64,000 bases of DNA. Source: a virus. The stretch lies in the IMG/VR virus record IMGVR_UViG_3300045988_118736; one strand, given 5' to 3'. The notes under the pieces are model-generated. The model did not search any database and had not been told where the DNA came from. It saw nothing but the letters and a program-made list of their open reading frames with translations. Both the position numbers and the translations under genes were made by a program. Positions 45,652 through 54,487 of this stretch are shown in pieces. Numbering within the stretch: the first letter of the stretch is position 1; the number at the start of each line of letters is the position of its first letter.

Positions 45652-46403
45652 CCCGCAATCTCCCAGTCATTAGACATAATATCATGTTCGGTTGGATTCC
45701 AATTTGATGCTACTTTTTGACCTGTATCTACCATCAATATATTTACGTCAGATTCTACAATAAACATACAGATATACTTTTTACCCCAATCGATTCTTTT
45801 TATCTTACGACCTAATTTAAGCTGTTCTAAAGCCTTTTCGAATGTCATGCCACGACGAGGCAGTTTGAGATACTTTTCAAGTCTGTCGGCAGCTTCATTT
45901 GGTGTATGGCCATCGTATTCGAAAGCGGTTTCTCTTTCAGGAACATCAAACAAATCCCAGTATTTGCTTTCATAGTGATTAGATACTTGACCAGTAGGTA
46001 GGATCGCCATCACAATAAACCAATCATCAGAACCGAAGCATTTTTCTCCGTCGCTGTGTCTCCTTGATTTGCAAACTTCAACCTGTCCGTTTCTGGCTAA
46101 TAGATTAAAGAAGGCGGCGTTATACAACATGCGGTACCGATACAATTCATTGAAAGTATGGTATCCATCAGAAACTTCTCCCATGTCTCCTGGTTTTACT
46201 TCAGGTTCAGGATGATTCGGGTAATAGTAGTCCACTGATGCTTCTAACACGGACTTTACGTGTTCCATTACCCTCGTAGCATCATCATGTTTAAAAAAAT
46301 GCTTAATTCCTTCAACGAATTTAATATCTTCGTTGATTGCTGATTCGAACTCTTCTTTTGCCATCACTCTAATTACATCTTTTTTAAAATCGTCTAATCC
46401 CAT
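45648..46403 (-). CDS. hypothetical protein with DUF2829-like C-terminal domain (251 aa)
   Basis: MTFEKALEQLKLGRKIKRIDWGKKYICMF...NDWEI resembles phage DUF2829 family (from memory). Confidence 0.45.
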   Translation of the reverse strand: MGLDDFKKDVIRVMAKEEFESAINEDIKFVEGIKHFFKHDDATRVMEHVKSVLEASVDYYYPNHPEPEVKPGDMGEVSDGYHTFNELYRYRMLYNAAFFNLLARNGQVEVCKSRRHSDGEKCFGSDDWFIVMAILPTGQVSNHYESKYWDLFDVPERETAFEYDGHTPNEAADRLEKYLKLPRRGMTFEKALEQLKLGRKIKRIDWGKKYICMFIVESDVNILMVDTGQKVASNWNPTEHDIMSNDWEIAG

Positions 46404-46458
46404 GATTTATTTTAAATTAGTTGTTATTATACTTTTACATTTAAGATTAATATTTTCA

Positions 46459-46674
46459 TTATTTTGGCAAAATATTCATATAACACGGTACATCCACCAC
46501 ATCTCTTCTACGGATGCGCTTATCAAAATAGGAAACCATATAAGTATTTTTACCTTCGTGATCAGGTCTGGGATCAAAGCATTCAAAAACGAATCTTGTT
46601 CTACCTTCAAGATGACCAAACATGAAAACAAATTCGCCACCGTATCTTTTATTAGCCAATTCTTCTACGGTCAT
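46459..46674 (-). CDS. hypothetical protein (71 aa)
   Basis: ORF. Confidence 0.4.
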   Translation of the reverse strand: MTVEELANKRYGGEFVFMFGHLEGRTRFVFECFDPRPDHEGKNTYMVSYFDKRIRRRDVVDVPCYMNILPK

Positions 46675-46898
46675 AATCTGTCCCCTCCTAATCCTGAATT
46701 GATGCTAACATACTTGACACGGACATCATTTCCACGTCCAAGCTGACCCCAGCCGGGCGATGGCGTTCCCTTAGCCGGAGCAGGGACAGCCCTAAGCCGA
46801 GACCAGTCCTGCTTTTGCCTCATGACTTCAGCCTCTTTGTAATACCGGTTACACAGTTCTTGATCTTCGTAACCAACGTAATCTTCCTTATTTTCCAT
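46671..46898 (-). CDS. hypothetical protein (75 aa)
   Basis: first gene after 470-bp intergenic region. Confidence 0.4.
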   Translation of the reverse strand: MENKEDYVGYEDQELCNRYYKEAEVMRQKQDWSRLRAVPAPAKGTPSPGWGQLGRGNDVRVKYVSINSGLGGDRL

Positions 46899-47291
46899 AA
46901 AAAATACTTTTTCAACAAAAGTACGACATTCATAAATTAATTAGATTTAAAATAAAACAATATGAATTAAAATAAAAACCCGATACGTTAAAATCGCATC
47001 GGGCCTGGTATTGGGAAAAATAGGTTCAGATCTTGGGTAAAGATTCGAGCCAATTTTTAACATCTTTATATTTAGGGTCTTTGTCTATTCTATCTTTCAG
47101 TTCATGCAATGCTGAGTCCATAACCGTATTCGGTACGCCAATCAACTCTCCTATTAAATACAATGGGGTTTTATTCGATTTAGATTCGTGTGCTATATTC
47201 ATGTCAAAAAAAAGTTATGTGAAACAAACCGGCCACGGGTATTCTATTGCCCGCCGACCGGTATAATATTTTTATTCCTTTTTTTTCCAAA

Positions 47292-47315
47292 CGGGAAAAA
47301 CGGGAATGCGGGAAT
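47292..47315. promoter_or_regulatory. three tandem CGGGAA motifs (period 9) in 470-bp intergenic region
   Basis: ACGGGAAAA ACGGGAATG CGGGAATC read directly; upstream of minus-strand gene 46671..46898. Confidence 0.4.
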
Positions 47316-47366
47316 CATATTTTTTACTATGGCTCCCGCACCACCGGAAGGACCTGGGTCTGGATC

Positions 47367-47660
47367 TCAGGTCAGATCCTTCCAGTTTATTTTTTCGCCG
47401 AGGTAATCTTGCACGGCAAGCCATCTTATAAAGGCTACTCCTTCGGGAGCATCCGGATCATCCAAATACATTAACGTAGCTTTCACCAACTCGTTCTCAC
47501 ATTTGAAGACCTTCGGAAAACCATCCGAATAGTACATTGCAAAGACATATTGGACATCGCCCCATGTCGCTTTATCCGGCTTCTTCGCTCCGCACTTTTC
47601 AAAAATATCTTTTATTTCCGGCTGCTTCCAGATCCTCTTGGATCCATCGACGTTGACCAT
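47367..47660 (-). CDS. hypothetical protein (97 aa)
   Basis: ORF. Confidence 0.45.
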   Translation of the reverse strand: MVNVDGSKRIWKQPEIKDIFEKCGAKKPDKATWGDVQYVFAMYYSDGFPKVFKCENELVKATLMYLDDPDAPEGVAFIRWLAVQDYLGEKINWKDLT

Positions 47661-47753
47661 CTTCTTTACCGCCTCATCAGCGAGAGCATTAGAAAAATGG
47701 TAGCCGTAAGTATCTACATATTTCTGATAAGCTGGATCCTCTGCGTCTGCTCC

Positions 47754-48122
47754 TCAATAAGAACGACCTCTGCCACGTCCGCGACCTCTACGCATCTGAG
47801 GTCCGTCACCGTAGTATCTGTCGTCTCCATAGTAATCGGTCGGGTAGGATTCGTAACCCATCCTCCGGTATTCCCGGTCCTCCATTTCATGACGACGTTC
47901 GCGCTCTTCGAGCCTTCTTTCCCTTTCTTCCAGCTCGTTTTCGCGCTCTTCCATTTCTTTCATCTTCTCATGCATACCGTAATGGTCGTAAATACCACCA
48001 CCATACCCCATGTACGTCCCATCAGAACGCCGGCTTCTGCCTCTGCCTCCACCTCGTCTGTCTTCTATCTCGTCATATCCAGGATATTCTCTGTGTCCTG
48101 AATTTAAATCATATACTATCAT
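47754..48122 (-). CDS. RG/RGG-repeat, Tyr-rich low-complexity protein with ERE-rich central helix (122 aa)
   Basis: GRGRGRGR at both ends, ERERRLEERERR centre, many GY/YG. Confidence 0.5.
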   Translation of the reverse strand: MIVYDLNSGHREYPGYDEIEDRRGGGRGRSRRSDGTYMGYGGGIYDHYGMHEKMKEMEERENELEERERRLEERERRHEMEDREYRRMGYESYPTDYYGDDRYYGDGPQMRRGRGRGRGRSY

Positions 48123-48129
48123 ATTATAC

Positions 48130-48624
48130 TTATTTCAAACGTTCTACAATTAACTTCTTTAAATCTTCGAATGAATCAGTAAGGTCATTCACCTTATTTT
48201 CTATACCAGCTATTTTACGATCCTGCTCTCTCGTTTGCTTGAATGCCGGATTGATATCTTCTAATATAGATTCACAAGCCTCTATCTTGGCACGATGGGC
48301 ATCTACGCTGTCTATTATTTCCTGACTGGTGCTTTTTATGGCATTCAGCTCGTTCATAATCGGATCTATGCTGGTAGATAATGTTATGCCCATAGCCTTA
48401 GCCACATTCTGGGATTCCGGGACCGTATAGGTCTTGGTTTCGCCAGTGAGCTCTACCGTCAGATCCACCACGCGGGTCTGCATCGCCTGATACTGACCTG
48501 GCTGAGGAGGAAGATACCTGGGTTCGGATACGGCTACTACCTTTCCCAATTCGTATTTAGGTACTGTATTAGTATCAAGGGTATGTACCTGAAACCCTTT
48601 CTTCAAATCTGAAAACATGATCAA
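48130..48624 (-). CDS. coiled-coil protein (164 aa)
   Basis: heptad-like C-terminal half. Confidence 0.5.
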   Translation of the reverse strand: MIMFSDLKKGFQVHTLDTNTVPKYELGKVVAVSEPRYLPPQPGQYQAMQTRVVDLTVELTGETKTYTVPESQNVAKAMGITLSTSIDPIMNELNAIKSTSQEIIDSVDAHRAKIEACESILEDINPAFKQTREQDRKIAGIENKVNDLTDSFEDLKKLIVERLK

Positions 48625-48674
48625 AATATTAGTTAGGTGAAAATAGGGTGATGATCTCCATCACCCTACTGAAA

Positions 48675-49088
48675 TCATTTACCTGCTTTAACTTCAGACG
48701 CCTGGGCTGTTGTTGTCGGAACACAACAATCCATTAATCTTAACACGCCACGAACTTTATTGAAGTACAGAAGGCGTTCTGTGCCATTTACCATAGCAGC
48801 ACCCGTGACAGCTACGTTAATAGGGTTCACGACATTCACTCCCGTAACCGGGCAACAGGTGTCGGCTCCTACTGTTGAAACTGTACTGTTTGCCGGGACC
48901 GCAATCTGTACCGGTAGAGCACTTCCGGCTGTGGGGACTACTTGCCTTATCTTAAGAAGGATAAGACCCTCACACGGAAGGGCGATCCAAGCCCGTGGGT
49001 TAATACCGAAGACTGTATTTGTCGTACTGACAATAACATTCTTCGTAACCATCTCATACAACGATCCTATTTTAGAAACACAAGCCAT
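48675..49088 (-). CDS. small V/T-rich beta protein (137 aa)
   Basis: minus ORF fits operon spacing; antisense plus ORF rejected. Confidence 0.45.
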   Translation of the reverse strand: MACVSKIGSLYEMVTKNVIVSTTNTVFGINPRAWIALPCEGLILLKIRQVVPTAGSALPVQIAVPANSTVSTVGADTCCPVTGVNVVNPINVAVTGAAMVNGTERLLYFNKVRGVLRLMDCCVPTTTAQASEVKAGK

Positions 49089-49111
49089 ATTAGCCTCCTT
49101 TCTTAATAAAA

Positions 49112-50119
49112 TCAGACAGCAGCGTTGTTATTGCAACATCCGTTGTTACATCCGCATCCGTTATTACAGCAACCTCCTCCGAATACCTGTCCCCAAGTAT
49201 AAGCCTGGTAAGGAGAACAAGAGGGGTAGGCCGGGACGGCCGTCGGGCGTAATTGACCAACGATATTCTGGGTTTGTTGCTGAGATAATGCCGAAGCTGT
49301 CAAAGCCGCTTTTTCTTCACGAAGTTGAGCAATAGTGTTCTGCATCTCCCTCATTTCCAACTGACAGAATTTGTCGTTGATCATAACGGTTTGGGCGTCA
49401 AGTTTCGCAGACAAGATATTGAATTGGCTTGTAGCTTGCTCACGATTGTTAGCCAGACCTTGGTTGAGACCATTCTGTAAGATATTGGTTTGTTCCAACG
49501 TGCGAAGCTGGTTATCAAAACCTTGCTGAGTAATCATTCCCTGAGTCTGGCAAGTGCTTTGATTGATCAACGAACTCAGATTGCAGCAGCAAGAGCTGAT
49601 TTGATTTCCTATTTCACAACCTTGTTGTTGAACTGCGTTGATAACAGCCTGAGAAGTCATACCTACCTGACCAGCTACTTTATCAATAGCACCCTGTACG
49701 TTGCAGATAGCGTTCTGGAGTTGAGTAGTAGAACAGTTCAAAGCAGAAGCAATCTGATCTATGGCGCTACGATTACCTTGAATTGCCTGCATCAAAAGTT
49801 CACGACCGTAATCGTTATTCAACTGAGCCGGCAAACCATTGGCGCAACAATCACCGCCATTTCCAAAACCGTTACCGAAGCCGCGTCCACCCCACAGCCA
49901 GAACAAAACAATTATCCAGAGCCACCAACCGTTAGCCCCACCGAAACCGTCCTGGTTGTTACGACCGTTCATCAAAGCCGCCACCAGATTCGGATCCATT
50001 TTATTACCACCTATCAAATTAGCAAACATGCCGGGAATCATTGAAAGAAGACCGTTAGTGGCTGCACCACCACCGTTAGCCCCGGCTCCATCTAAAAGGA
50101 CGATTTTATCACCACCCAT
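49112..50119 (-). CDS. Q/N/G-rich membrane protein with Cys/Asn/Gly C-terminal tail (335 aa; trimmed to MGGDKI)
   Basis: Gly-rich N-region, TM WWLWIIVLFWLW, Q/N-rich coiled region, tail GGGCCNNGCGCNNGCCNNN. Confidence 0.45.
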   Translation of the reverse strand: MGGDKIVLLDGAGANGGGAATNGLLSMIPGMFANLIGGNKMDPNLVAALMNGRNNQDGFGGANGWWLWIIVLFWLWGGRGFGNGFGNGGDCCANGLPAQLNNDYGRELLMQAIQGNRSAIDQIASALNCSTTQLQNAICNVQGAIDKVAGQVGMTSQAVINAVQQQGCEIGNQISSCCCNLSSLINQSTCQTQGMITQQGFDNQLRTLEQTNILQNGLNQGLANNREQATSQFNILSAKLDAQTVMINDKFCQLEMREMQNTIAQLREEKAALTASALSQQQTQNIVGQLRPTAVPAYPSCSPYQAYTWGQVFGGGCCNNGCGCNNGCCNNNAAV

Positions 50120-50536
50120 AATTTTATAGTATTTAATTGTTAAACATATGTGCATGAAGCACGTAACAAAGATCATGATTGCAGGGTGGAATATGGGTGT
50201 GTTTATTTCCTATAGAAGAGAAGTATTTTCAGAAAAATAAGAAGAGATGAGTAAATATCACCATAGACTCATCTCTTAATCACTTTTTATTGTAATAAAA
50301 TTCAAGCCATGTCACACAACTTGAATTTATATTTATCAATTATATCATTCAAATCGCAATCTGATAAGTTGAACCATTCTCTGTATATCCCTTTGATATC
50401 AAATCTTGCATGAAGCTCGCTCTCTATATCTTTATTCACATAAGCTATTAATGTTAAGTTATCTTCTACAATAGACAACCCAGATAGCCTTCTTTTTACA
50501 TCAGAGCTTTTACCTATTTTATAAAAACCATTATTA

Positions 50537-50956
50537 TTATTTCTTATTATATATGTAAAATATTTTATACATTTTTTTATTATACCTATCGATAGATCTA
50601 TGTATTATATCTAATACCCGATCGTCATTTTTAATATTACAACAATCAAATATATCATAAATAAAATCTTTAAATAAAGATCTATCACACTTCATATAGA
50701 TGATACACAGAATCGATTTGGGGAATAAATAATAGTCATGCCTAAATACATGACTATTATTATCTATTATTTGTTCTCCATTATTATCATATCTATATGA
50801 TATATAATCTATTCCATCCTTAAAATTAAAAGATGATATTACATCCTTAATCCAATGTTTAAAATCATACTTACATTCTAACAATTTATGAACATGTTTT
50901 GCGTCAATCATTTTTCTGTCGTTTATTAACACAAAAGGAATACAAGTATTATCCAT
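50537..50956 (-). CDS. hypothetical protein (139 aa) in AT-rich island
   Basis: only sizeable ORF in 1.5-kb AT-rich gap. Confidence 0.4.
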   Translation of the reverse strand: MDNTCIPFVLINDRKMIDAKHVHKLLECKYDFKHWIKDVISSFNFKDGIDYISYRYDNNGEQIIDNNSHVFRHDYYLFPKSILCIIYMKCDRSLFKDFIYDIFDCCNIKNDDRVLDIIHRSIDRYNKKMYKIFYIYNKK

Positions 50957-51665
50957 AATAAAAAAAATAGGCCCAAAAGAGAATGTCAGATCCCACTATG
51001 ACAAACCCTAATGAGCCAAAAATATCTTTCAACATCAAACAACCAGAGGTGGGATCTCGTTGTTCATTGTTTCTGGAACAAAGATAGGAACAGGATTTTA
51101 AATAACAAATATTTTAATACTTTTTAAAACAAACCAGGGCCCGCATCACTGCGAACCCTGATCTACACTAATCTAAACTAATACCATGAAAAACTTAAAT
51201 CTAAAAACTAAAGAACACACAAATGTATGAAAATGTATGGTTTTCACAAAGAATCTGTATCCTGTTCTTTTGTGTGATTCAAGACATGGGATATAGTTCT
51301 GATACTTAATCCGGTTTGATTTTGTATCAGATTATAAATATAGGATTTTGAAACTACAGTTCTTAATTGACCTAAATCATTCATAATGTTTTTATACATA
51401 AGATGAATGCTGTTGTTACGTTTGATGGTACTGATTCTCATTTCCTACTGTTATTAGTTACGTCCGGTTCTTACTTTTTCCTATTTCTATAATCCCTTCC
51501 TGAAACTAATATTGCAAACTTAATAAAAATAATTCATAAACAATGAAAATCTAACTTTTCTTGTATGTTATTGATATACGTGCATATATGAGAAAAGTGA
51601 GACTTTCACAAGCCTCACTTTCCAAATCGTAATTATGAAAAAACTATATTATATGTATACAAAAA

Positions 51666-53921
51666 TTACCTGCATTCCAATTTATTAAGATCATCCAATT
51701 CAGACTTGCTTACGGTCATATCTTGCGTCAAGCCAGATTTGTTTTGGTATGGAGCGTAATCGGTTTCTACCGTCTTAGCCTTCTGAGTAGAATCGTATTT
51801 CACCTCCGATTCGGTTCCTGTTAGATTTTGGTAGATAGAGCCGGAACTACTTTCGCCAACTTTAGTGAACACCATGTCTCCTATTCTGATAAAATTATCA
51901 TACAAACCTTCTACGATAACATTATCATCCTGCTTAGTTATGTTATGATCCCGAACCTCATTTAAGAGATTAGGATGTTTCGTAAAAAGATCGTGATAGA
52001 AATCAGAACCGGCATATAACATATCATAATAATCCAAATAGAACAGATCTGTAAAAGAAGGATCGGTGCTGCTCATGCTATACTCAAATAACTGCTCACG
52101 ATCATTACCTGCCAAAGATAGTTCAATTTGTTTTAACGTATCCGGATCTGAAACGGTAAGACCCAGTAAATGATCTGGTTTAAAGTCAAGATACTTGTAT
52201 GCCCCTTCGTACACTTCCGTATTATGAAGCTTATTTTCAAGATAAGATTGGTATAAATCGAATAAGAGTAAAGGATTCTCTTTGTCCTGCTTTCTGTTTA
52301 TGTATCGGCTAAACTCCCGTTCTTCATTAACATACGGGCTTCCAGGAACAACAAGATGACCGAACGCCAATCTGGTAGCATTCATCTCTTCCGTATTCTG
52401 AGAATCGGTATAAGACAGGACGTATTTTTTAATAGAATCAGCAAGGGCCTTACTATCTACGTTTTTCACGCGGAGCTTATCTAAAACACCATCCTTAAAA
52501 CAATATTCAGGATAGATACCAGGTGGGAAATAAGTTAGACTCCGCTTGGCAAGCTCGGCAGCTATATCGTACAAATCACCTAAATTATCTCTTTCTACCT
52601 TATGATATAGGTTTCCACCAAGATAAAGCAGAGAATGATTTTCAAATGCCGATACCGGATCTATGTCAGATTCCATATAAACGATATTCATATTATCCAT
52701 ATACTCTGGCAGAAACATAACACGGCGATCCTGGCTATCTCCAAGAACGTCATCGATAGCAGAAGCTAAGGTAGGAGCATAAGTATCATCGTTGCGCCTT
52801 GCTACATAAATATCAAGATCCAGCATCAAGCTATCAATTTTATTCAGCGATTCTTCTGTTCCGTCATATGCCTTAGACACGCCTACGATATCTATACCAA
52901 GACCTACACAAGCCTCTTCTACATCCCATATCATACTTCTAAGGTCTTCTTCTGTATCAGCATTAACCCTGTTTAGAAAGGCTGATATACGAGCTCGTAA
53001 TGACTCAGATCCAATAGGGCTGTAATAAGCATAATCTTGCAACTTTGATAATGACCGTCTCTTCCCTTCTACGATATTATTATCTTCTAAAGCCACAACC
53101 GGAACGATGTTCATATTCGAAAATTCGTTGAACAGCGACAAGGCAAAACTCTTATCCGACTGATATCTTTCAACTAACTCCGGATATGAATCAGATAAAG
53201 ATTCGAAAGCAGCATCAAACTCTGAAGCAACACTAATACCTCCTACTGTATTTTTTATAACCTCGTAAACTTCAGCCGGATTATATGATGCTCTCTTTCC
53301 TAATTTATTGAAGACACCATTTTTATACACAACAGGACCGTATGGTTTTTCTACGGTTGTGAAGTAAGACTCTTTCCCGAGATCGTGTTCGTTATTGGAA
53401 TAATCTAATAATAACCTCATAAAAGAGCTGACCTCATTAAGTACAGAAGGATTATCTAATATCCTACTTATCTCTGTCTCATTGTACAAGCCGGATCTCC
53501 TTAGATTTTCTTCATTTAGGATAAGATTACCATCCACATAAAAAGAGCTTCTAACTCTATTAATAAGAGATCGTATGCTATATATGGAATTGGATATCAT
53601 AACATCTCTTACATCCTTAACATCCTGAGCCGTTAAAGGATCAGCAAAATAAGTCTGACGCTTCATATACGACAGCACATCTTCTAAAAGAGGTTCGCCA
53701 TTGGAATCGGTGTTAAACATCTCCCCTGGAGCCGGGTTATTCCAATGACCGTAATACGACAAAAAACCAGGAGTGTAAGCCTTAGCCCATACCTGAAGGG
53801 CCCGCTCGCTGTTTCCTAATACTTTTAAAGCACTTTCGTAAAGAACGGAAGGCTCCCCGTTAGGAGCCTTAACCCGTTTTATTTCATTTTCCTTTTTTTC
53901 TATCTGACATTTGACACCCAT
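51666..53921 (-). CDS. large virion or tail-associated protein (751 aa), function unknown
   Basis: long ORF in structural block. Confidence 0.7.
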   Translation of the reverse strand: MGVKCQIEKKENEIKRVKAPNGEPSVLYESALKVLGNSERALQVWAKAYTPGFLSYYGHWNNPAPGEMFNTDSNGEPLLEDVLSYMKRQTYFADPLTAQDVKDVRDVMISNSIYSIRSLINRVRSSFYVDGNLILNEENLRRSGLYNETEISRILDNPSVLNEVSSFMRLLLDYSNNEHDLGKESYFTTVEKPYGPVVYKNGVFNKLGKRASYNPAEVYEVIKNTVGGISVASEFDAAFESLSDSYPELVERYQSDKSFALSLFNEFSNMNIVPVVALEDNNIVEGKRRSLSKLQDYAYYSPIGSESLRARISAFLNRVNADTEEDLRSMIWDVEEACVGLGIDIVGVSKAYDGTEESLNKIDSLMLDLDIYVARRNDDTYAPTLASAIDDVLGDSQDRRVMFLPEYMDNMNIVYMESDIDPVSAFENHSLLYLGGNLYHKVERDNLGDLYDIAAELAKRSLTYFPPGIYPEYCFKDGVLDKLRVKNVDSKALADSIKKYVLSYTDSQNTEEMNATRLAFGHLVVPGSPYVNEEREFSRYINRKQDKENPLLLFDLYQSYLENKLHNTEVYEGAYKYLDFKPDHLLGLTVSDPDTLKQIELSLAGNDREQLFEYSMSSTDPSFTDLFYLDYYDMLYAGSDFYHDLFTKHPNLLNEVRDHNITKQDDNVIVEGLYDNFIRIGDMVFTKVGESSSGSIYQNLTGTESEVKYDSTQKAKTVETDYAPYQNKSGLTQDMTVSKSELDDLNKLECR

Positions 53922-53947
53922 TGTAATTAACTTTTTTGCAAAGTTAA

Positions 53948-54487
53948 TTATAAAACCGACTTATACAATGACGGATCCCAAATTCCTTCTATATAAATCT
54001 CCGGAAAACTCAAACTGCCATCACGAAGAGTGGTGACTTCCAAGCTGGGAATGTTGAAAACAGTACTGGTATCACCAAACCCACCATTCAACTTGATAGC
54101 ATTTCCGCTGTTATTAGCCTCATAATAAAAATAACAATAATTTTCATTAATGCTTGGATCATATTCGTACCAATATGTTAGATCTTGTATATGATCTTCT
54201 ATGTTACCAATTTTGTTTCCACCTAATATAAAAATACCATTATTGCTATGATTATAAACCATAGATTCATAACCACCATAATTCCAATTACTATTAAACA
54301 TTATGTAACTAACATCAGAATCATGATCTTTTAATACAGGTCCTATATGTATATGAATTTTATTAAACTGACATACATAAGGTCTTTTTCCTCCAAGCCT
54401 TTTTATATCTTCATTGGATAACTTATTATAACATCCTCCCACAAAATTATCCGCAGCATTAAAAAATCTCCTTCTCATACTTAACAC
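53948..54487 (-). CDS. hypothetical protein (179 aa), N/Y/G-rich
   Basis: overlaps giant gene start by 7 nt. Confidence 0.5.
   Translation of the reverse strand: MLSMRRRFFNAADNFVGGCYNKLSNEDIKRLGGKRPYVCQFNKIHIHIGPVLKDHDSDVSYIMFNSNWNYGGYESMVYNHSNNGIFILGGNKIGNIEDHIQDLTYWYEYDPSINENYCYFYYEANNSGNAIKLNGGFGDTSTVFNIPSLEVTTLRDGSLSFPEIYIEGIWDPSLYKSVL

Noticed and set aside
47550-50044. Long plus-strand ORFs (47550..48101, 48760..49335, 49490..50044) antisense to minus-strand genes
   Set aside because: Ser/Thr/Leu-rich shadow-frame composition and no operon context on the plus strand. The minus-strand ORFs keep the tight spacing of the surrounding operon. There is residual uncertainty for the low-complexity minus genes.
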